64,000 nt of DNA from an uncultured Solirubrobacteraceae bacterium (GCA_963735615.1 CAVTLO010000003.1:132079-196078), one strand, 5' to 3'. Shown: positions 41,032 to 49,557, counted from the first letter of the stretch. Notes: a model not told the origin generated them from the sequence alone. Made by a program: numbers and translations.

Positions 41032-42447
41032 ATGGTTGACACCGGTTTTGCGTCGTCGGCGACGCTGCAGTTCGATGGATCGAGCCCGGCTGTTGCGTTG
41101 TGGCGGCTCGTTGGCGCCCTGACGGCCGAGCAGGCCCAAATCCTTGCGGGTGAGATCGAGTTGCTGACGGGTGCGGCGTGGCCGGAGCAGCTATCCGGCC
41201 CGCCTCGTTCGCGGCTCGCGAAGGGCGTGCGGGAGAGGCACTCCCGATGGTGTCCGAGCCACGACGACGAGGCGTGCGTGTGTTCCCCGCGGTGGGAGGC
41301 ATGGGTGTACTCGCGCAACGACAGGGGCAAGATTCGAAGGACGTTTCCTGAGCGCTGGGAAGCGAAGGCTTGGCGTCACGAGCAGCTCGAGCTGGCGAGC
41401 ATCGATCGGCTGCGAGCCCCGAGCCGTCTCTCGCTTGCTGAGGCCGGCTCGCGGTGGGTCGAGATGGCCCGCGAAGGGCAGATCCGCAATCGCTCTGGGT
41501 GTCGCTATAAGCCGAGCGCGCTACGCACGATCGAGACCGACCTACGGCTGCACCTTGTCCCGAGGATGGGCACGAGGGTCATAGTCGGGGTCAAGCGTTC
41601 GGATCTGCAGCGGCTTGTTGGTGGCTGGCTGGCAGCGGGGATGAGCCCGAGCAAGATCCGGTCGATCATCAACGCCGCACGCGTGCTGTGGCGAGACCTG
41701 GATCTCATCACCGGGCGCGACAATGAGCTGCTTACCGACCCAACCCGTGGTCTACGCCTTCCGGCGAGTACGGGGCGACGCGAACGAATCGCGACCCCCG
41801 ATGAAGCTCGCAGGTTGATCGAGGCGCTACCGGCAGGGGATTGTGCTTTGTGGGCGACCGCGATGTATGCAGGGCTGCGCCACGGCGAGCTGCGCGCCCT
41901 ACAAGTCCGCGATATCGATCTCGAGCGACGCCGGATCAACGTGAAGCGTGGCTGGGATCAATACGAGGGCGAAATCGACCCCAAGAGCGAAAAAGGCACC
42001 CGCTCCACGATCATCACCAAGGCCCTGCTGGACCTTCTTGCATCGCACCTACGAGACACCGGCCGCAAGGACACCGACCTCGTGTTCGGGCGTACGCAGA
42101 CGAAGCCGTTCCAGAGCAACACCGTCAACAAGCGAGCCCGGAGGGCGTGGGTCGCCGCGCGCAAACGAGAAGACCGCCAGAACGCCACACCCACAGCGGA
42201 GAGGGTGAGGCTGATCGGGCTGCAGGAGTGCCGTCACACCGCCGCCTCGCAGATGCTCGACGCCGGGATCGCGATCGACAAAGTCAGCAAGTTCATGGGA
42301 CACGCCTCGATCACCATCACAATCGACCGCTACGGACACCTACTACCCGGAGGCGAAACCGACGCCATCGCACTTCTCGACGCCTACCACCAACACGTGG
42401 AGTTCGGGGAAAATGTCACCGAATGGTTGCGGCAGCCACGCACCTGA
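41032..42447 (+). CDS. Tyrosine recombinase/integrase
   Basis: AGLRHGELRAL (R), PKSEKG (K), LQECRH (HxxR with H>Q), MGHASITITIDRYGHL (H, Y); the real start is probably nearer 41160-41230. Confidence 0.9.
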   Translation: MVDTGFASSATLQFDGSSPAVALWRLVGALTAEQAQILAGEIELLTGAAWPEQLSGPPRSRLAKGVRERHSRWCPSHDDEACVCSPRWEAWVYSRNDRGKIRRTFPERWEAKAWRHEQLELASIDRLRAPSRLSLAEAGSRWVEMAREGQIRNRSGCRYKPSALRTIETDLRLHLVPRMGTRVIVGVKRSDLQRLVGGWLAAGMSPSKIRSIINAARVLWRDLDLITGRDNELLTDPTRGLRLPASTGRRERIATPDEARRLIEALPAGDCALWATAMYAGLRHGELRALQVRDIDLERRRINVKRGWDQYEGEIDPKSEKGTRSTIITKALLDLLASHLRDTGRKDTDLVFGRTQTKPFQSNTVNKRARRAWVAARKREDRQNATPTAERVRLIGLQECRHTAASQMLDAGIAIDKVSKFMGHASITITIDRYGHLLPGGETDAIALLDAYHQHVEFGENVTEWLRQPRT

Positions 42448-42623
42448 TCGTGAGCCTCCGCACCGTCGTCGAGCCAAACACCGAAACGTTGTGCCCATCG
42501 AGTGCCGGGTGGATCTCTCGGACTCGCACGCTCTTGCGTCCCGGATGGCTGCGATACTGACGGGGATGGCTGGCGGCCCGCTACGGTCTCGCCCGGTGGC
42601 AGGCGGATCTCGGAAGGAGGCAG

Positions 42624-43595
42624 GTGATGGCCGGTTCCGGTGATCACATCAAGGCGCTCGTGCGCAGTCACGCATCTGGTGACGACGCGTCGTTCTACGC
42701 CGTCGTCACCCAGATCGCGGCGCAGGCTGCGCGCCGCGGGCACACCCGCCTCGCGAGTGAACTGAAGCAGACGATTGACGCTTCCCGGCGCGAGCCAGTC
42801 ACGCGCAGAGCCACCCCGATCGCGCGCCCCACCGGAGAGCTCGCGGACCTTCTGACCGCCTCATTCCCGGACGTGGGCATCCGCGACCTGATCGGCCCTG
42901 AAGACCTCCTTGATCTCGTCCGCGAGGTCATTGCCGAGCAGCGCCAGCGCAACCTCCTGACACAGAAGGGCTTCGCGCCGATCCACAGGTTGCTGCTGGA
43001 GGGGCCGCCCGGCACCGGAAAGACGCTGACCGCGCAGGTCCTCGCGCACGAGCTCTCGCTGCCGCTGCTTACCGTCCGCCTCGACAGCCTGATGAGCAAG
43101 TTCCTCGGCGAGACCGCATCGAAGCTGCGCCTCCTGTTCGACGCGGCGGCAGAGCAACGCGCCGTCTACCTATTCGACGAGTTCGACGCGCTCGGAGGCG
43201 AACGCACCGGCAACGACGTCGGCGAGGCACGCCGGATCCTCAACTCGTTCCTCGTCTTCCTCGAGCAGGCGAGCCCGCAGAGCATCATCGTCGCCGCCAC
43301 AAACCACCGCACGATTCTCGACCATGCCCTCTTCCGGCGCTTCGACATGGTCATCGCCTACGGGCTACCCGACGAAAAAGCTGCTGCTGCGGTCATGCGC
43401 GCCCGCCTCGGGCCGCTCGGCAAGGGCATCCGCTGGAAGACCGTCACCAAACACGCGGCTGGGCTCAGCCACGCCGACCTCGTCAAAGCTGCGGAGTCCG
43501 CAGCGAAGCAGGCAGTGATGAACCGCGAAACGCTCGTCACGCCAGAGGCGCTGACCGCAGCTCTCGACGCGCGGGTGGCCGCAAGCGTTGGCTGA
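42624..43595 (+). CDS. AAA+ ATPase (IetA-like)
   Basis: Walker A GPPGTGKT, Walker B LFDEFDA, AATNH, LDHALFRRFD; overlaps the S8 gene start. Confidence 0.88.
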   Translation: MMAGSGDHIKALVRSHASGDDASFYAVVTQIAAQAARRGHTRLASELKQTIDASRREPVTRRATPIARPTGELADLLTASFPDVGIRDLIGPEDLLDLVREVIAEQRQRNLLTQKGFAPIHRLLLEGPPGTGKTLTAQVLAHELSLPLLTVRLDSLMSKFLGETASKLRLLFDAAAEQRAVYLFDEFDALGGERTGNDVGEARRILNSFLVFLEQASPQSIIVAATNHRTILDHALFRRFDMVIAYGLPDEKAAAAVMRARLGPLGKGIRWKTVTKHAAGLSHADLVKAAESAAKQAVMNRETLVTPEALTAALDARVAASVG

Positions 43596-46122
43596 CCCAG
43601 CGCCCGGCCCGCTACCGCACCTCTGGGTACGCGGGTACGCCAAAAGCCACCCGTTCACCCGCGTCGGGGGCGGAGGCGATCCGAAGATCCGCGACGTTGA
43701 GCACCGCGCACACGGCCGCGCGCTGCGCCGGGAGCTCGACGCAGCGATCGCCGAGCACGACGCGGAGCCCGCCCAGCCCACGATCACCGACGAGCTGCAC
43801 TCACAGGGCGTCGTTCTCGTCCTCGAGGGCACCGACGCCGGGTTCCCGCTGAAGATAGAGTCGCTCGAAAGCTTCACACGGCACAGCAAGACCCCCAAGT
43901 TGCCGCGGTGGCTCCTGCTCTCGGTCACACCCGCAAAGGACGGTGCGCCCGAGCAGGCGATGGTCTGGGTCAGCGACGACTATCGCGCTCAGTTTCTCAA
44001 ACTCTTCGAGGACTACCTCGGGCGCACCTCCGCGACCGGCCAGCCTTGGAATCGGGAACTGATGGCCAACATCGCCCGGATCCGTCGCGCCGTGCTCCGT
44101 GACCTCTGGCAGTCGCATGGCGACCCGCCGACCGCGGGCAGTCAATGGTGGGAGCTCTGGCTGCACCGGACCCCCGACGGGATCGACCTGCTGCGACGCT
44201 ACGCGGCGACCTCCCGCCTGCATCTCGCCACGCGCACCCTTACGCTCGGCGACCGTGATGTCGGGTGGATCAAGGGAACCTGGCAGCAGCTCGAGAGCCT
44301 GGTGTTCACGGCCGTCCCGCTCTCAGAGATCCGCCGCGCCGAGTTTACCGAGACAACTGAGGAACTCCCGCGCGACGAGCAGGACGAGCTCGCCGAAGAC
44401 CTCGCGCAACGCGTCGCGGGCGCCGACATCTCAGCTCCCGCCGTCTGCCATCTCGATGGCGGCGTCATGCACACGCACAAGCTCCTCACGGCGTCACTAC
44501 ATCCAGACGACACGCACAGCATCGCCGGGCTTCCCATCCTCGGCGCAAAGAACCACGGCACACTGATGGCCGGCCTCGCGCTCTACGGGTCGCTGGAGGA
44601 GCTGCTGCTGACCACCCAGAGTGTCGCGCTCACGCACCGTCTCGAGTCAGTCAACATGCTCCCCGACGCACCCGCCGAAAACGACCCGCTCGCCTACGGG
44701 GTCGTCACGGCCGAGTCCGTCGCGCTCCCGGAGAGCACCGTTGCAGACCGCCGACGGGTGTTCTGCATGCCGATCACCTGCCCACCCGAGAGCCCAGGTG
44801 AGCCGACGCTGTGGTCTGCCGCGGTAGACGCTCTTGCCGTCGGTGTCGACATCGCGAGTTCCGACACGGGCATCGAGGTGCTCGGGGTACCGAGCCCGGA
44901 GCAGGCGAGGCTGTTCGTAATCTCCGCCGGCAACATCGAGACACTCCAGCAGGACTACCGCGCCGCATGTGACACCGAAGCGGTCGAGGACCCGGCTCAG
45001 GCGTGGAACGCGCTGACGGTCGGCGCGTACACTGAGCTCGTCTCCGTGCCGCAGGACCCGACCTTCGACGGCTGGTCGGCGCTGGCGGCCGACGGCGACA
45101 TCTCACCGTTCAGCCGCACTTCGCTGCTGTTCGGCACGAACAAATGGCCGGTCAAGCCAGACATCTGTATGGAGGGCGGCAACGCGCTCACCGACGGCAT
45201 GGATGGCTACGATGACTTCCATCCGTTGCTGTCTCTGCGCAGCACCGACACGCGGAGCGACGTAGCACTCGGATCGATCAACGCGACGAGCGCTGCTACC
45301 GCGCAGGCAGCGAGGCTGGCCGCGCTCGCGATCGCCCGTTATCCGTCCTACTGGCCGGAGACGATCCGGGGGCTGCTCACCCACGCCGCCGAGTGGACGC
45401 CTGCCATGCGATCCGAGGTCGACGGCGCAACAACACGAGCAGACAAGCTCAGAATGCTGCGTCGCTACGGCTGGGGGGTGCCGACGGAGGAGAGCGTGCT
45501 CGCCTCCACATTGAACGCCGTGACGCTGATCACCCAGGACGAGTTCACGCCGTTCGACGGTCCTGAGCATGCCCGTCGGCTCCTGCGTCTGCACCAGCTG
45601 CCGTGGCCAAAGGAGACGCTGCAGGAGCTCGGTGCGGCAAACGTGACGCTCAGGGTGACGCTTTCGTACTTCATCGAGCCGAACGCGTCACGCCGCGGGT
45701 GGCGCCGCCGGTACGTCTATTCATCGCACGGTCTGCGCTTCACTTTGAAAGCGCCGACGGAGACCACAGAGCAGTTCGTAAGCCGCGTCAATTACGAGGC
45801 CCAAAGCGAGGAGGACGGCCAGCAACGGCCTTCGGGTCGCTCCGAGCGTTGGCTGATGGGCGGCGATCAGCAGACCCTGGGCTCGCTACATCAGGACCTA
45901 TGGGAGGGATCCGCTGCTGACCTGGCCTCCAGCGGAGTGCTCGCGGTGCACCCGGTCGGTGGCTGGTGGAAGAACAACAGCCAGCGAAAGGACCGCATCG
46001 GCATGCCCGTTCGCTACGCCCTGATCGTATCTCTCAAGACCGCCGAGCAGGGCGTGGATCTTTACACGCCGGTAGCGGTCGAGATGGCCGTGCCCGTGGA
46101 GACGGCGATCCCGGCAACCTAG
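43588..46122 (+). CDS. Cytoplasmic S8 subtilase (IetS/Y4bN-like)
   Basis: HLDGGV (D), NHGTLMAG (H), ISAGN, KPDICMEGGN, NATSAATA (S), RRYGWG; no signal peptide. Confidence 0.85.
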   Translation: MADPAPGPLPHLWVRGYAKSHPFTRVGGGGDPKIRDVEHRAHGRALRRELDAAIAEHDAEPAQPTITDELHSQGVVLVLEGTDAGFPLKIESLESFTRHSKTPKLPRWLLLSVTPAKDGAPEQAMVWVSDDYRAQFLKLFEDYLGRTSATGQPWNRELMANIARIRRAVLRDLWQSHGDPPTAGSQWWELWLHRTPDGIDLLRRYAATSRLHLATRTLTLGDRDVGWIKGTWQQLESLVFTAVPLSEIRRAEFTETTEELPRDEQDELAEDLAQRVAGADISAPAVCHLDGGVMHTHKLLTASLHPDDTHSIAGLPILGAKNHGTLMAGLALYGSLEELLLTTQSVALTHRLESVNMLPDAPAENDPLAYGVVTAESVALPESTVADRRRVFCMPITCPPESPGEPTLWSAAVDALAVGVDIASSDTGIEVLGVPSPEQARLFVISAGNIETLQQDYRAACDTEAVEDPAQAWNALTVGAYTELVSVPQDPTFDGWSALAADGDISPFSRTSLLFGTNKWPVKPDICMEGGNALTDGMDGYDDFHPLLSLRSTDTRSDVALGSINATSAATAQAARLAALAIARYPSYWPETIRGLLTHAAEWTPAMRSEVDGATTRADKLRMLRRYGWGVPTEESVLASTLNAVTLITQDEFTPFDGPEHARRLLRLHQLPWPKETLQELGAANVTLRVTLSYFIEPNASRRGWRRRYVYSSHGLRFTLKAPTETTEQFVSRVNYEAQSEEDGQQRPSGRSERWLMGGDQQTLGSLHQDLWEGSAADLASSGVLAVHPVGGWWKNNSQRKDRIGMPVRYALIVSLKTAEQGVDLYTPVAVEMAVPVETAIPAT

Positions 46123-46143
46123 CCGGCGCATCGACATCCGGAG

Positions 46144-47061
46144 TCAGCCGCTGGCCGTCGCTGTTTCCGCGAGCACCGCGAAGCCGATGTAGACGTGAGC
46201 GATCGCGACGGCCGCCGCGAGGAACGCGAGCCGCCGATGGCTTGCCGTGTACTCGTCCTGATCCCACGCGTCTAGGACGGAGCGTTTCTCATCCCAGTGG
46301 ATCAGGTCGCCGTACTGGAACGCGCTGAGGAGGAAGCTGGGAGCGTGCTCCTCTTCGTAGTCGAGGACCTCCAAGTGCTCCTCGCGCGCAAGCTTTTCGC
46401 GCACGAGCTGGTTCAGCGAGCGGGCGTGGAGCCGGCCGGAGGCACGTCGCCAGCTGACGATGGTTTGCTTGCGTACGTCGCCGGCGCCGTCCTGTGATTC
46501 CTGATTGGCCTTCCAAAGTATGTCCGCGACCCGCGTAAACGGAGCCTGCTCGCTCTGGCTGTCGCACTGGCGCAGCAGGGTTGAAAAGCCAATCTGACGG
46601 TCTCTTTCGGGGAAGGCCACTGTCAGCTGCTCTGATGCACCGCTGTCGGCGATATCGATGCTCATACCCCCGCCGGCGGCGTTCACGACCGCGCTCGCGG
46701 CGAGATCCCGGGCGCAGTGACCGTAGCGATCGACCACTCGCTGATCCTCGGCCGACAGCGGCGTGCCGAGGCACCCGAATGCCCGTGGGTCTGCGAGCCC
46801 GAAAACATAGTCGAGACTGCGCCAGTTGAACTCGAACGCTTCCGGTCCTCGGGCGCTCGAAGCCATCGGTGCGGGGAACGGCAGTGGACGATCGGCGAGC
46901 AACCCCTCCGGCCCAGACGTGCGAACGCGCAGCTGCCCATGGCCATCGGGTTCACTTCCCGAGATGTACCCGACGTGCGCCACATGCTCGACCCCGTCTG
47001 GAGTCGTCCGCATCGCCTTGACCCAACGGTCCGGACGGGCGATTGGTGCGCTGTCGGCCAT
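46144..47061 (-). CDS. Hypothetical protein
   Basis: 305-aa ORF with globular composition, co-oriented with the upstream TIGR02391-like gene. Confidence 0.6.
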   Translation of the reverse strand: MADSAPIARPDRWVKAMRTTPDGVEHVAHVGYISGSEPDGHGQLRVRTSGPEGLLADRPLPFPAPMASSARGPEAFEFNWRSLDYVFGLADPRAFGCLGTPLSAEDQRVVDRYGHCARDLAASAVVNAAGGGMSIDIADSGASEQLTVAFPERDRQIGFSTLLRQCDSQSEQAPFTRVADILWKANQESQDGAGDVRKQTIVSWRRASGRLHARSLNQLVREKLAREEHLEVLDYEEEHAPSFLLSAFQYGDLIHWDEKRSVLDAWDQDEYTASHRRLAFLAAAVAIAHVYIGFAVLAETATASG

Positions 47062-47095
47062 GCCGTCACGGTAGCCACCGGGGCGCGGTGCGTCC

Positions 47096-47893
47096 CTACC
47101 GAGCGTCGTCGATCCGGCGGTGCAGCATCGACGCGAGCGTTAGCATGTCGAGCGCCTCGCTGCGCTCGACCGCCCACCGGATCTTCGGCGCGTGCGCCGT
47201 CGGATTGCGGAACGTGGAGAACAGGCCCTTGCAGAGCATCGCGAGGCCGATGTGCTCGCTTCGCTCCCAGTCGCTCTGCAGCGTATTGAACGAGAGCATC
47301 GGTGGGCCGTTCGAGAGACCAAAGGCTTGATCGACGATCGCGGCACCATCCCCGCTGAGTCCCGTGCGCACGCGGATCTTCTCCGCGACGCTCTTGGCTG
47401 CCTCAAGTACCGCGTGGAAGTAGTTCTGTTGCACCAGCTCGGCGCGGCAGAACACGAGCACGTCCGGATGCACGTCGCGTCGCGCGAGCTCCGCCTTCAG
47501 CGCGTCTGCCCGCTGCTGTGCCTCCGAGACGGTCCGTGCGGCCGTCGCCTTGGCGACCTGCCCGTCATCGAGCACTTGGTAACCGTAGAGCAGCAGTCGC
47601 GCATTCACGGAGGCACGGTGCGCGTCATGCTCGGCTGGCGAGCCGAACCGGACGGGAGCCATCATCTCGGTCACCAGTCGGATTAGCGGCCGCCCGTCAC
47701 GCTGCTGGTTTTGCTTCTCGGCGACAGCGTTGAACAGCCGCTTCCACTTCGTGCCAGTCTGCGCGGCGGCGTTCTCCCGGACCTTCAACGTTCCGATCAG
47801 GTTCGTGATCTGGGTACCGTTGGCGGTGTCGGCGAGCTCGCGGCAGATCGCCTCGACAGCGGTAGCCGGGAACACTGGTATCTCGCTGGGCAC
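47096..47893 (-). CDS. TIGR02391/Ymh-like protein with a HEPN RxxxxH motif
   Basis: TKWKRLFNA, YFHAVLEAAKSVAEKIR, C-terminal FRNPTAH. Confidence 0.75.
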   Translation of the reverse strand: MPSEIPVFPATAVEAICRELADTANGTQITNLIGTLKVRENAAAQTGTKWKRLFNAVAEKQNQQRDGRPLIRLVTEMMAPVRFGSPAEHDAHRASVNARLLLYGYQVLDDGQVAKATAARTVSEAQQRADALKAELARRDVHPDVLVFCRAELVQQNYFHAVLEAAKSVAEKIRVRTGLSGDGAAIVDQAFGLSNGPPMLSFNTLQSDWERSEHIGLAMLCKGLFSTFRNPTAHAPKIRWAVERSEALDMLTLASMLHRRIDDAR

Positions 47894-48045
47894 GACCGTT
47901 AGGATGCCAGGCGGCTCAGCGGGCTCGGCTGCTGCTTCAGCTCGCCTCGGTAGGAGTCGGCATCTTCTCGAGAATCGGCGGCAATCGCGCTCGCGAAGTA
48001 GCAGACATGGCCCGCGTCTGCCACGACAGGCGTCAGAATCAAGTC

Positions 48046-48933
48046 ATGCCCGGCGACTCCGATCCAGTTCACCTGGAAGCTTCTGAACAAGCAACACCGC
48101 TGCAGCGGCTGGCGGCCGACTTTCAGCAGCGTCTGCTGGCCGTCAGAGCCTGGCTTACCGAGCACGAGCCGCAGATCACCGCTGCGCTCGGTGCGATCGC
48201 GACGTTCGCGCTGATTCAGCCCCAGCTCGAGCGCATGCGCGGCCGCTTCGAGGATACGGAGTGGGAGTATCTGCTCGACCGCGTCGACTTCGCCACTGGC
48301 ATCGGTCTGCTCGTGCTGCTGGATCGCGAGGGAGCGGATGGCGTCGAGCGGGTACTTGAGGCCGCGCTCGGCTGCCCCGAGGCACTGCCGCAGCTGCTCG
48401 GCGCACTCGAATGTCTTGAGATGTCCCCAACGCATCGCCGTCAGCTCACCGCGGGCTTGCGTTGCGTCTCAGCCCGCGACTACGAGGTAGCCGTCCCACT
48501 CCTCATGATCGCCTTCGAGGGTCTCGTGTCGACCCACGCCAGAGACATCGGCCTGATCGAGCCCCACAAAGGCAAGAAGCATCGCTTCACGGAGGCGGCC
48601 GGCCGCACCGGTCCTGTGGGCGGGATCGAGGATCTGCTGATGATTGGACAGCTCGGCTTCGACGACGCCTTCAGCGACTTCCTTCGAATCCACGTCTACG
48701 GCGGCGAGGGAGACGCCTTTCGCCACGGGATCGCGACCGACGGCTTTCGCCATCGGGCCTTGATGGTGACCGTCGCGCTACTCGGGTGGCTGAGCGCGGT
48801 CGCGCCCACTGCCGACCGTCCGCAGCCACTGCGCACGCTGCTGTTCGATGTCGGCGTGGCCGAGTGGGGACGGCTATCGGTCGGGAGGGACCTTGAACGC
48901 AGCTCGCCAAGGGAGCTTGCGTACAGGCCATGA
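48046..48933 (+). CDS. Hypothetical helical protein, possibly a degenerate HEPN
   Basis: AVPLLMIAFEGLV and AFRHGIAT (RxxxxH-like with terminal T); start uncertain (48007 or 48046). Confidence 0.5.
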   Translation: MPGDSDPVHLEASEQATPLQRLAADFQQRLLAVRAWLTEHEPQITAALGAIATFALIQPQLERMRGRFEDTEWEYLLDRVDFATGIGLLVLLDREGADGVERVLEAALGCPEALPQLLGALECLEMSPTHRRQLTAGLRCVSARDYEVAVPLLMIAFEGLVSTHARDIGLIEPHKGKKHRFTEAAGRTGPVGGIEDLLMIGQLGFDDAFSDFLRIHVYGGEGDAFRHGIATDGFRHRALMVTVALLGWLSAVAPTADRPQPLRTLLFDVGVAEWGRLSVGRDLERSSPRELAYRP

Positions 48934-49026
48934 AAGTGGCCGAACTCGGCCCCGTCCAGGGCGAGTTGGGCTCGGAGCCCCGTGATACGTCATCCGCAGC
49001 CCTCGGCGGCGCGTGGCGCGAGGGGG

Positions 49027-49100
49027 TTCAGTTTGGCTCTCCAGAGCCAAACTGAAGCGGTTTCGAAACCGCGCGACGGACTGGCGCGAACACTGGCGCA
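49027..49100. repeat. Two abutting palindromes plus direct ACTGGCGC repeats (arm-type sites) upstream of the 3' tRNA half
   Basis: ttcagtttggctct-cc-agagccaaactgaa 49027-49056; gcggtttc|gaaaccgc 49057-49072; ACTGGCGCG/ACTGGCGCA at 49080 and 49092, sharing 12 bp with the module A/B block in reverse complement. Confidence 0.8.
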
Positions 49101-49154
49101 CGCGAGCGTGTTCTTGGCTCTAGCAAGCCAAAAATGAGGCACCGCGCCAAAGGT

Positions 49155-49211
49155 CTCGAAAGCTGTTGTGCGCCATTCGGTGTACCGAGAGTTCGAATCT
49201 CTCCCCCTCCG
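49155..49211 (+). other. tRNA-Ser(CGA) 3' half starting at the anticodon loop
   Basis: CTCGAAA-GCTGT-TGTGCGCCATTCGGTGTACC-GAGAG-TTCGAAT-CTCTC-CCCCTCC-G; the upstream sequence is not tRNA. Confidence 0.9.
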
Positions 49212-49308
49212 TACTCCAGCTAACGCAATGTTCAAAGCAGCCCCCGAGACAGGGTGAGCGCGCCCATCGGCCTTCAACAGCGGTCGCTGGTGATCGGCGC
49301 GGGACGAA

Positions 49309-49557
49309 GCAAACCCTCAACCAACTACCGAGTTCTCGCGCCAAACTCGCGCCAGTCCAACCGCGGATCGTGCGGTTTCAGGCGGTCTCAGGCGGTAAAC
49401 GGGTCACAGGCACGGCCACCGCGCTCGGCGCCACATCCCGCTCAACCATGCGGAAAACGGCTCAACCAAGCCAAAAATCCGTCGCGAACCAAAGACCCCC
49501 ACAACCTGCGCGCCCGAATTTCGAGACCGCCGCATTCAACCGCTCTGCCACCCCTCC
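49309..49557 (-). repeat. 249-bp att-like module, copy B
   Basis: Collinear with 40651-40899; conserved blocks at 49332-49358 and 49436-49464. Confidence 0.85.
49519..49557 (-). other. tRNA-Ser(CGA) 5' half B
   Basis: GGAGGGGTGGCAGAGCGGTTGAATGCGGCGGTCTCGAAA followed by non-tRNA sequence TTCGGG; TAAGAT -10-like box at 49583-49588. Confidence 0.9.

Larger units (their letters stand above)
40861..49161. mobile_element. Integrase-bearing cassette bounded by inverted CTCGAAA (anticodon-loop) cores; putative invertible/integrative element
   Basis: Inverted 7-bp cores at 40861-40867 and 49155-49161, each attached to one tRNA half; contains the integrase, an ATPase/S8 pair and a HEPN-motif gene. 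Confidence 0.65.

Noticed and set aside
40861-49557. Archaeal-style trans-spliced split tRNA
   Set aside because: Both halves carry the whole anticodon loop (an overlap typical of att cores), there are no complementary leader/trailer or bulge-helix-bulge sequences, and an integrase is adjacent.
40651-49557. CRISPR array or integron attC array
   Set aside because: Only two long modules 8.6 kb apart, with no regular repeat-spacer period, no cas genes and no attC R/L box structure.
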